Shown piece by piece: positions 26,643 to 34,870 of a stretch of DNA of 64,000 nt. The position numbers and the translations under genes were made by a program. Origin of the DNA: Flavobacteriales bacterium (GTDB taxonomy: Bacteria; Bacteroidota; Bacteroidia; Flavobacteriales_D; Crocinitomicaceae); the NCBI GenBank assembly GCA_947500755.1, contig CANMTO010000008.1:1380-65379 (forward strand). The letters are read 5' to 3'. Numbering within the stretch: position 1 is the stretch's first letter; each line of letters opens with the position of its first letter. Under the pieces are notes generated by a model, which saw only the letters and a list, made by a program, of their open reading frames with translations, was not told the DNA's origin and did no database searches.

Positions 26643-27527
26643 CTATCCTATACTTGCAGAAGAAACTGGCAACTCGCGGTTAATTTTCTTAAAAAGTCCT
26701 TGAAGTACCTTTCCAGGCCCAACCTCAATCACTTCCGAAAGTCCGTGGTCATTCATTGCCATCATGATTTGAGTCCATTTCACGGGGGCGGTAAGTTGCG
26801 CTAATAAATTTGCTTTTATCAGGGTCGGGTCGGTAACCGGGAGCGCATTCACATTTTGATAAATGGGGCAAATGGGTGCGTTAAACTGTGTTGATTCGAT
26901 AGCGGAGGCTAATTCTGCACGAGCAGGTTCCATGAGTGGTGAGTGAAATGCACCTCCAACCTGGAGTATCAACGCGCGTTTAGCTCCTGCCTCTGTGAGT
27001 TTAGTGCACGCTTCTTCAACCGCTTTTAATTCACCAGAAATCACCAATTGTCCGGGACAATTGTAATTTGCGGGCACCACCACTCCATCAATGTGGCTAC
27101 ATATCTCTTCTACCACCTGGTCTTCTAGGCCTAGAATTGCTGCCATGGTAGATGGGATGAGTTCACAGGCTTTTTGCATGGCCGTAGCGCGGGCGCTCAC
27201 CAAACGTAAGCCATCCTCAAAACTTAAGGTTTTATTGGCCACAAGGGCAGAAAATTCGCCAAGGGAATGCCCTGCAACCATATCTGGTTTAAACGAATCC
27301 CCTAAGCATGCTGCTAAGATGGTAGAATGAATAAAGATTGCGGGCTGTGTAACATTCGTTTGTTTTAAGGCTTCCTCAGAACCTTCAAACATAACAGCAG
27401 CAATATCAAAACCGAGCACTTCATTTGCTCGATGAAATAACTGCTTGGCATCGGCACTCGAATCAAATAACTCTTTTCCCATTCCGCTGAACTGGGCACC
27501 TTGCCCAGGAAAAACATATGCTCTCAT
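26643..27527 (-). CDS. fabD: Malonyl CoA-ACP transacylase
   Basis: MRAYVFPGQGAQ..., active-site GHSLGEFSAL, 294 aa. Confidence 0.93.
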   Translation of the reverse strand: MRAYVFPGQGAQFSGMGKELFDSSADAKQLFHRANEVLGFDIAAVMFEGSEEALKQTNVTQPAIFIHSTILAACLGDSFKPDMVAGHSLGEFSALVANKTLSFEDGLRLVSARATAMQKACELIPSTMAAILGLEDQVVEEICSHIDGVVVPANYNCPGQLVISGELKAVEEACTKLTEAGAKRALILQVGGAFHSPLMEPARAELASAIESTQFNAPICPIYQNVNALPVTDPTLIKANLLAQLTAPVKWTQIMMAMNDHGLSEVIEVGPGKVLQGLFKKINRELPVSSASIG

Positions 27528-27539
27528 AATAATTATAGG

Positions 27540-28382
27540 TTAAAGTTGTCCCAAGGAGTGAAATTTACCATCCTTGTATATTTTAATTTTCTTTAAAATT
27601 CCGTCGGCGTTGTACACGTAAACTTTTCCATCATACAGTTGACCTGCTTTAAAATTACCATCCAACCAAATTTCGTCATTTTCATTATACACTTTGTTAT
27701 ATCCTTCTGAAAAGAAGGTAACCCCTTTGGTGATTGGATTCGTTACCGAGGGTGGTGGTTCCTTTGATTCGGGTTCGGTATGTGCATCGGGTTGTTTCAC
27801 CGCTTGTTTCTTTACGGTTTCAGTAACTTTTCCCCCACTAAACTTACTATACAAGCGCACTGTCCCGTCTTCATTATATTGGGTATACACCCCTTCTACC
27901 TTTCCTTTTTTAAGCCCATAGGAAGCCTCCAATTGTCCATTGCTATAATAATGGGTTACAGTACCCGTTTCCTTTCCTGCATCGTCAAAGGTGGCTTGGT
28001 ATGCAATAGTTCCATTCTCATGGTAGCGAATCAACTCACCGGAAGAAGCATTATCCCCAAAGCTTCCTTTTTCTTTTATTTTTCCGTTGGAAAAATAGCG
28101 TGTATAATTACCGTTCGGCCGATTATTCACATAGTTTCCTTTCAGCTTGACCGTTTTCCCATCTTTATTGTACTTAATCCAAACCCCGGTTTTACGCCCG
28201 TGATGGTATGTTCCCTCTTCGATTATAGCATTGGATTCAAAGCCCGATTTCGGACGATCTACTCCCTTAACCACCCATTTACCGTGTTTTTTGCCGTCTT
28301 CGTCCCTTAGGTTTTGACCGTAAACAGCCTGTGTCAACAAACCAACATAGGCAACAATAAACAGCAAATATCGAACCTTCAT
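27540..28382 (-). CDS. Secreted MORN-variant repeat protein (YwqK-family-like)
   Basis: Signal peptide MKVRYLLFIVAYVGLLTQAVYGQ; repeats of the form G.W..Y..NGK....G.Y.NN..NG. Confidence 0.7.
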   Translation of the reverse strand: MKVRYLLFIVAYVGLLTQAVYGQNLRDEDGKKHGKWVVKGVDRPKSGFESNAIIEEGTYHHGRKTGVWIKYNKDGKTVKLKGNYVNNRPNGNYTRYFSNGKIKEKGSFGDNASSGELIRYHENGTIAYQATFDDAGKETGTVTHYYSNGQLEASYGLKKGKVEGVYTQYNEDGTVRLYSKFSGGKVTETVKKQAVKQPDAHTEPESKEPPPSVTNPITKGVTFFSEGYNKVYNENDEIWLDGNFKAGQLYDGKVYVYNADGILKKIKIYKDGKFHSLGQL

Positions 28383-28428
28383 AGTAGTCGTAAAATTAAA
28401 TTAAATTGTGAATAACAAACCGAAACAT

Positions 28429-29361
28429 ATGGATATTGACCCAAATTTGTTATTAATTTTGTTTTCCATGTTAAGCATTTCTCCGTCTGATATAACGGTG
28501 CAGAAACTGCATCACTACCTGCTTGGATCGGTGGGCCCAAGGCCTATTGCGTTGGCATCAACCATTGATTTAAATGGCAACAAGAACCTAGCTCCTTTTA
28601 GTTTCTTTAACGTTTTCAGTGCAAATCCCCCGATTTTGATTTTTTCGCCTGCTCGTTCGGGAAGAACAAATTCGGTGAAGGACACCTACACGAATGCAAA
28701 AGCCCACCCCGAGGTAGTCATCAATGTTGTTACCTACGCCATATTGGAGCAGGTAAGTTTAGCCAGTTCGCCTTATGGTCCCGGGATTAGTGAATTCGAA
28801 AAGGCAGGCCTTACGCCGCTCGCCTCTGAATTGGTGAAACCGTTTCGGGTGAAAGAATCACCAGTTCAATTTGAATGTAAAGTCAATGAAGTTATTGAAT
28901 TAGGCTCTGAGGGTGGCGCAGGGAATTTAATCATTTGTGAGGTGGTCAGAATGCATATTGATGAGGCGATACTGGATGCCAATCAACAAATAGATGCCCA
29001 TAAAATCGACTTAGTTTCCCGCATGGGAGGGGATTGGTATTGTCGTGCCGACACGAACAGTATGTTTGAAATTAAAAAACCAATCACCACCTGTGGAATT
29101 GGGTATGATGCACTACCATCTGACTTATTACGCAGCGATGTATTGACGGTAAGTGACTTAGCGCGTTTGGCTGGGATAGAGCATTTGCCCGACGAAACCG
29201 AGGTGAACGAATACAAGCTTACCGAACTGAGTGACCTTTTCATGACGCATGTAGATAATGCTGCACGATTAGAAAGGGAATTACATGAACGAGCCAAAGC
29301 ATTATTAAAAGCAAATAAATTAACAGAAGCTTGGCAAACGCTTCTGAGTTTTAATCATTAA
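28429..29361 (+). CDS. Flavin reductase-like FMN-binding domain protein with a C-terminal extension
   Basis: GPRPIALASTIDLNGNKNLAPFSFFN core. ATG at 28429 (the track ORF starts at GTG 28408). Confidence 0.7.
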   Translation: MDIDPNLLLILFSMLSISPSDITVQKLHHYLLGSVGPRPIALASTIDLNGNKNLAPFSFFNVFSANPPILIFSPARSGRTNSVKDTYTNAKAHPEVVINVVTYAILEQVSLASSPYGPGISEFEKAGLTPLASELVKPFRVKESPVQFECKVNEVIELGSEGGAGNLIICEVVRMHIDEAILDANQQIDAHKIDLVSRMGGDWYCRADTNSMFEIKKPITTCGIGYDALPSDLLRSDVLTVSDLARLAGIEHLPDETEVNEYKLTELSDLFMTHVDNAARLERELHERAKALLKANKLTEAWQTLLSFNH

Positions 29362-29370
29362 CAAATCGAT

Positions 29371-29778
29371 ATGAATCAGCTTAAATTAACCAACGTACGA
29401 ATCAAATTAATTCATCCAACTCAGCAAGTAACGGAAAAATTCTCCAAACGAGAATTCGTAGTTACTGACGGAATGGAGAGTGATTATCCGCAACATATTA
29501 TACTCCAAGCTACGCGAGACAAGTGTAGTTTATTGGATCAATTCAAGGTAAATGATCTGGTAGATGTTGCCATTAACATCAGAGGTCGCGAATGGACGAG
29601 TCCACAAGGTGAAATCAAGTATTTCAACTCCATCGAGGCATGGCGAATCGAGCCTGCTTCCGGACAAGCTCCTTCCGCTGCTCCGTCTGGCATGAGTGAT
29701 TTCGGTATTTCAAACGCTACGAATACGCAAAGTCCCCTCGAATCTTCTGCCGAAGAATCCGACGACCTTCCGTTTTAG
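29371..29778 (+). CDS. DUF3127-like small OB-fold-type protein with an SSB-like acidic C-terminal tip
   Basis: MNQLKLTNVRIKLIHPTQQVTEKFSKREFVV...; Pro/Ser/Ala/Gly linker; the final residues are EESDDLPF-stop, verified at 29752-29778. Confidence 0.7.
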   Translation: MNQLKLTNVRIKLIHPTQQVTEKFSKREFVVTDGMESDYPQHIILQATRDKCSLLDQFKVNDLVDVAINIRGREWTSPQGEIKYFNSIEAWRIEPASGQAPSAAPSGMSDFGISNATNTQSPLESSAEESDDLPF

Positions 29779-31055
29779 TCCCTTGTATTTGACTGATACT
29801 TTGCTTTGTATTTCAAGTAAAGTGATTCCTGAAAGTTAACAGGACTCTGAATTTTTCCGTTCATGACTATGGTGGTGACGTCATTGGTTTTCATGTCTAA
29901 CGCAGGGCCTTTAGAGACGAATATGGTTGCAGATTTACCGACCTCGATACTTCCAAATTCTTGATCAATCCCTAAAATCTTACATGAATTAATCGTAATT
30001 GCTTGTAACGCTTGTTCTTCAGTTAACCCATAGGCCATAGCGGTACCGGCTAAAAACGGCAAGTTTCGTGCATTCATAGCTTCCATTCCTCCTTCATTTT
30101 GTAAGCAAAATAACACCCCCATTTTGGCGAGGATTGCAGGAAGGCGATAGGGTAAATCTACAGGGTCCTCATCATGTTCAGGTAGGCGATGCAGGCGTTG
30201 AATCATCACGGGGATATCAGCATCAATAAACCGCTGTCCGAGTAAGTAGGCATCGTCTCCCCCTACAAGCACGGGATAAGGCAGCTTAAACTCTTGGACA
30301 AAAGCCAGAAGATCAATAATTTGTTGGGCATCATTGGCATGAATATACACGCGTTTAGTGCCTAAAAAACAATCCTTCATTGCTTCGAGTCGCTGATCGA
30401 ACGGAATAACTTTCGCATTCGCATAGGTACTCGCTAACTGAAAAAATTGCTTGAGTTCATTTAGCTCTTTGGTATACTGTTCATTTTTGTACTTGGGTGC
30501 AGGTTCGGCCCACCACCCCCCGCCGTAAGCGGTACTTGGCCAATTTACATGGATGCCATCGTTCGGTTTTACTGTAGCATCCTCCCAATTCCATCCTCCC
30601 ATGAACATTACAGAGGACGTACCAGAAACAGACCCACCTCTGGGCGTACTTTGAACCAGAAGCACTCCGTTGGTTTTTACAGTTTCAACCACTTTAGATT
30701 CTGCATTAAAGGCAATTTGTGCCCGCACATGCGGATTAAATTCACCAACCTCATTGTAGTCGTTTGTCGCGCGAATGGCATCCACTTCCGTCAACCCCAA
30801 GGTGCTATTAGGTGCCACGAATCCGGGATATACGTGTTGACCCGTTGCGTCTATGATTGTATCCCAATCTTTGGCAATATAGGTAGTTGAAAGGGCGTTT
30901 TTAATGCCTGTGATTTTTCCATCCACCATTTCCAGCAGAGATGCCGTAATTTCTTGCCCTACGACGGGATGGAGATGACCATTCACAATAAGAATACGCT
31001 GAGCCGGTAAACCCAGACTTATCAATAATCCGATTAAAATTAAGCGCGTTTTCAT
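29775..31055 (-). CDS. Amidohydrolase-fold protein (secreted), HxH metal motif not evident
   Basis: Signal peptide MKTRLILIGLLISLGLPAQ. Where PGxIDxHxH is expected the sequence reads YPGFVAPNSTLG. The C-terminal EVGKSATIFV is typical of the fold. Confidence 0.75.
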   Translation of the reverse strand: MKTRLILIGLLISLGLPAQRILIVNGHLHPVVGQEITASLLEMVDGKITGIKNALSTTYIAKDWDTIIDATGQHVYPGFVAPNSTLGLTEVDAIRATNDYNEVGEFNPHVRAQIAFNAESKVVETVKTNGVLLVQSTPRGGSVSGTSSVMFMGGWNWEDATVKPNDGIHVNWPSTAYGGGWWAEPAPKYKNEQYTKELNELKQFFQLASTYANAKVIPFDQRLEAMKDCFLGTKRVYIHANDAQQIIDLLAFVQEFKLPYPVLVGGDDAYLLGQRFIDADIPVMIQRLHRLPEHDEDPVDLPYRLPAILAKMGVLFCLQNEGGMEAMNARNLPFLAGTAMAYGLTEEQALQAITINSCKILGIDQEFGSIEVGKSATIFVSKGPALDMKTNDVTTIVMNGKIQSPVNFQESLYLKYKAKYQSNTRD

Positions 31056-31056
31056 A

Positions 31057-34000
31057 TTAATGTAAATTTTCTGTTTCGGAACCTTCCTCGCCTAGCGTGT
31101 CGCAATGAAAATGTTTTTTCTTACGCTTAATGAATGGTGCTTTAGGCTCTGCTTGAACTTCCTTTGCCAACATTTTACCAATAATGCGCATTTTCTCTGC
31201 TTGATTTTGAGCCTGAAGTAAGAGGTCCTGCGCCTGTTCAAAATAGAAGACCCCTTCAATCATCGTAGATTGAACCTTCGCTTCAATAGAAAGTGGATTT
31301 GCAGTCCATAACACCAGGTCTGCATCTTTACCTACTTTAACACTTCCTGTTCGATGATCCAGATGCAGTAATTTTGCAGGGTTTAGGGTAACCATTTTCC
31401 ATGCTTCAATTTCTGAAACCCCTCCATATTTCACTGTTTTAGCGGCTTCCTGATTCAGTCTTCGTCCCATTTCCGCATCATCAGAATTAATCGCAACCGT
31501 AATTCCCTGTTCATGCATCAGTGCCGCATTGTAAGGAATAGCATCGTTTACTTCAAATTTATAGGCCCACCAATCGGCGAAGGTTGAACCACCAACTCCG
31601 TGGTTTTTCATTTTATCGGCGACTTTATATCCTTCCAAGATGTGCGTAAAAGTATTCACCTTGAAGCCCATAGAATCCGCTACTTTCATCAACATGTTTA
31701 CCTCACTTTGCACGTAAGAATGGCAAGAAATAAAACGTTTTCCGTCTAGGATTTCATTCAATGTTTCGAGTTCAAGGTCGAACCTATAGGTTCCTGAAAT
31801 TCGCTGCATTCGGTACTGTTTAGCCCGATAAAACGCATCATAAAACACCTGTTCCACCCCCATCCGCGTTTGAGGAAAACGAACAACATTTCGATCACCC
31901 CAATTTGATTGCTTCACATTTTCTCCGAGTGCACATTTTATAAATCCTGGGGCATTTTCAATTTTCATTGCTTCGGGCGTAGCTCCCCATTTCAATTTAA
32001 TGAGCGCAGATTGCCCGCCAATGGCATTGGCAGAACCATGTAATAGTTGCGCAGCGGTAACCCCACCTGCTAATTGTCTGTAAATTGAAATATCCTCTGG
32101 GTACACTACATCCCCAATGCTAACTTCAGCAGAAACCACTTGTCCTCCTTCATTAACCCCTCTTGAAATGGCGATATGTGAATGCTCGTCGATAATCCCA
32201 GCAGTTAAGTGCATGTTGGTACCGTTAATAATTTTTGCCCCCTCAGGGTACGGCGGTTTTTTAGCACCCACATAGGTGATTTTTCCTTGTTGAACAACGA
32301 CATAACCGTTATCGATAATCCCTTCAGATTCATTGGTCCAAATGGTAACTTGCTCATAAACGGTTGATTGCTGAGTAAGCATCGCTTTAGAACCATAAGC
32401 CATATTTGGAAACCAAATTTCTGGATTGGGATTGGACACCATCTTTATTGGCGTTGAAACTTCGGTATCTTTCACCCGACGTATAGCGGACCATTGTCCC
32501 CAGCTCCCATCCGGATAGGTAATATCTCCTTCCCAAACGGAACCATTTGAGGAAATTTTACCATGAAGCAAAAACATCTTAGACTCGGCATTCGGAAGGG
32601 CAAACTGCAGGTTTACATCCCGGTCTGAATAGGTAAAAGAAACCGTTGTAATTACTGTATCTTTCTTAAATACTTTAAGTTTAGAATCCCAGATGTCTTT
32701 ATACTCAATTAGTGAAACTTTGGGTTTTTGATTGTCCCCTGAGACCTTCATCTCAAAGCGAAGACCTTTTAAATTCAGGCTATAGGTTCCAAGCACATTC
32801 GTTTGATTTGAGGGCTGTATGGCTTGACCATTACCAAGAGACCAAGATTCGACTAAGGTAGCTTCATACACGAATGGATCGGTGGAGAACAGATTAAAGC
32901 TCGCTAATTTGGATGCTTCAAGGGTCCCGATTATGGAATCCAAGCCGAGATAGGAGGCCGGTATTGTGGTAAGAGACGCCAGAATGGAAGAGGAGCTTGT
33001 ACCGTTAGCAATTAATTTTCGGATGGTTTTCCAGAAATCTGTTAGCGTAAGTCCGTGGGTTGTGATCGCCGTCGAAATTCCAGCATCGGACAGAATCTTA
33101 AAATTATACGGAGCGGCCTCCCAGTGTTTTAACTCTTGAATCGAAACGTTTTTTGCGACATAGGGATCAGAAACGTCGAGCGGTTTAGGGAAGGTCAGCG
33201 GAACAATAAGTTTAGGGTTGAGGGGCTTTAGCGCCTCTATGATGGCATATTCATCACCTGCGGTCACATATATAAACTTCTGTTTGAATTCTTTAGCAAC
33301 GCGTTCAGCACGTAGGATATCCCATTTATCTCCCACCTTAAAGACTGATGGTAAATGTTCATTAGCCACCCATGCGTCCATGGATTGTTTACCTAACTCT
33401 GAAGCCGGGTTCTTTTTATAATATTCAAGATCATAAAACGATTGACGCAATAAGGCAATAGAGCCCATTAAGGAAGACGGATACGTTTGTTGAGAAACGC
33501 CTTTATTGAAGGAATAAAAAAAGGCTGAGGCACGGGTGCGAGTTGCTTCCAAGGGATTTAGATTCCCTAATGCAATTAGGGGCGCGGAGCCCCGAACAAT
33601 CCCATCCGCTTGATGGGGGACGGCAAACCCAAACCCTTGTTTGTATAATTCCGTGCAGCGTTCATCGCTTACATTAAATCCATCGAGTGCATTGATTTCT
33701 GGGTGGATGGATTCGTTCCAATAAAACGCGCCTTGTTTTGATGTTTCTAATTGCGGATAGGATCCCTTGTGATGGGAGGATGCTTTAACAACTCCAGCAT
33801 CGGTATACAACTCAATAAATGAGGTAACTGCAGTAAATCCTTCCTTATCGAATATCACAAAATCCGACGGAATATTTACATTGGTTCCAACTTCAAGAAT
33901 CCGTTCTGCTTGAATTAATATCGTCGCGTTCTCTAGTTTCTTGGTCGGATTCACATAAACGTCAACATTAATTAGGGCAATTTTTTTCATTTCCGAAGGC

Positions 34001-34092
34001 GCTACACCGTTAGTAGGCCGCACTTGAGCATGGCCAACCTGCAGAAAGCCGAAAAGTAGAAGGAAACACGAAATGGGATAAATTAGCTTCAT
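31057..34092 (-). CDS. Large two-module amidohydrolase-family protein (secreted)
   Basis: Signal peptide. The C-terminal module has an intact TAGIIDEHSHIA (HxH), CHSY, FTHILEG and AINSDDAE. The N-terminal module has TSFIELYTDAG in place of HxH. 1011 aa. Confidence 0.8.
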   Translation of the reverse strand: MKLIYPISCFLLLFGFLQVGHAQVRPTNGVAPSEMKKIALINVDVYVNPTKKLENATILIQAERILEVGTNVNIPSDFVIFDKEGFTAVTSFIELYTDAGVVKASSHHKGSYPQLETSKQGAFYWNESIHPEINALDGFNVSDERCTELYKQGFGFAVPHQADGIVRGSAPLIALGNLNPLEATRTRASAFFYSFNKGVSQQTYPSSLMGSIALLRQSFYDLEYYKKNPASELGKQSMDAWVANEHLPSVFKVGDKWDILRAERVAKEFKQKFIYVTAGDEYAIIEALKPLNPKLIVPLTFPKPLDVSDPYVAKNVSIQELKHWEAAPYNFKILSDAGISTAITTHGLTLTDFWKTIRKLIANGTSSSSILASLTTIPASYLGLDSIIGTLEASKLASFNLFSTDPFVYEATLVESWSLGNGQAIQPSNQTNVLGTYSLNLKGLRFEMKVSGDNQKPKVSLIEYKDIWDSKLKVFKKDTVITTVSFTYSDRDVNLQFALPNAESKMFLLHGKISSNGSVWEGDITYPDGSWGQWSAIRRVKDTEVSTPIKMVSNPNPEIWFPNMAYGSKAMLTQQSTVYEQVTIWTNESEGIIDNGYVVVQQGKITYVGAKKPPYPEGAKIINGTNMHLTAGIIDEHSHIAISRGVNEGGQVVSAEVSIGDVVYPEDISIYRQLAGGVTAAQLLHGSANAIGGQSALIKLKWGATPEAMKIENAPGFIKCALGENVKQSNWGDRNVVRFPQTRMGVEQVFYDAFYRAKQYRMQRISGTYRFDLELETLNEILDGKRFISCHSYVQSEVNMLMKVADSMGFKVNTFTHILEGYKVADKMKNHGVGGSTFADWWAYKFEVNDAIPYNAALMHEQGITVAINSDDAEMGRRLNQEAAKTVKYGGVSEIEAWKMVTLNPAKLLHLDHRTGSVKVGKDADLVLWTANPLSIEAKVQSTMIEGVFYFEQAQDLLLQAQNQAEKMRIIGKMLAKEVQAEPKAPFIKRKKKHFHCDTLGEEGSETENLH

Positions 34093-34118
34093 GCCCCAAA
34101 AATAAACAATTAAGTGGA

Positions 34119-34796
34119 CTAGATGTATTTACTCGCCTCGCGCTTGGCCAGGCCAGTAAGTTGTTCCGATTTCACCACCTCAGCAACCCAGATAGGGTTC
34201 CATTTAGATACCTCGCGCAAACTCCAACCAATGGCTTTTTGGATGAAGAATTCCCGTTCTGGTTTAAATCTACTGATGAAATACTGAAGGAGGGCTAAAT
34301 CCGTTTCTTTTCGATACCGTAACTGAAAAATCAAGCAAGCCCGACGGATCCAAAAGGAATCATGGGATTCCCATCGATTGAGTGTCTCTTTCATTTGTTC
34401 CGGAAATACACGTGCAAATTTACCTACCACATTTGGCGCGATGCCGTCCACGGTATCCCACCACGACTTGGTTGTGATTAACCACTCGAACAACTCAATG
34501 TCTGATGCTATGAATTCTTTTGGATTCCATTTCATGATCCACTCTAAGGCTACGAGTTGATATTCTCGATGTTCTTCTTCCCATAATTTGACTACCAATG
34601 ATCGTTTTTGGGTTGGGTTTAAAGAATTCAACCCTTGCATTTTGAGTTCATTTAAAATCTCACGTCGTTCTTGGCTCATGATTCCCAAAAAGGGAAACTT
34701 GTTTCGCATGTAGGCTTCCATTTTTGAAGCGCGCAGGAGGTTTGTACGAGTGCATAATTCCTTGTGTAAATTATCGTAAAAAAAATCTTCCTGCAT
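34119..34796 (-). CDS. DNA alkylation repair protein (AlkD-like HEAT-repeat family)
   Basis: 225 aa; ...AYMRNKFPFLGI..., WIRRACLIFQL, AIGWSLREVSK. Confidence 0.75.
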   Translation of the reverse strand: MQEDFFYDNLHKELCTRTNLLRASKMEAYMRNKFPFLGIMSQERREILNELKMQGLNSLNPTQKRSLVVKLWEEEHREYQLVALEWIMKWNPKEFIASDIELFEWLITTKSWWDTVDGIAPNVVGKFARVFPEQMKETLNRWESHDSFWIRRACLIFQLRYRKETDLALLQYFISRFKPEREFFIQKAIGWSLREVSKWNPIWVAEVVKSEQLTGLAKREASKYI

Positions 34797-34847
34797 TAAA
34801 TAATTGTTAGGTAGCCTCCAAAATTAACCATTATAAAAGATTGTATA

Positions 34848-34855
34848 TACCTTTG
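34848..34855 (+). promoter_or_regulatory. Candidate -7 box TAccTTTG
   Basis: Exact TAnnTTTG match 16 nt upstream of ATG 34871. No well-spaced -33 TTG. Confidence 0.25.
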
Positions 34856-34870
34856 TTGAAAGCAACTTTT

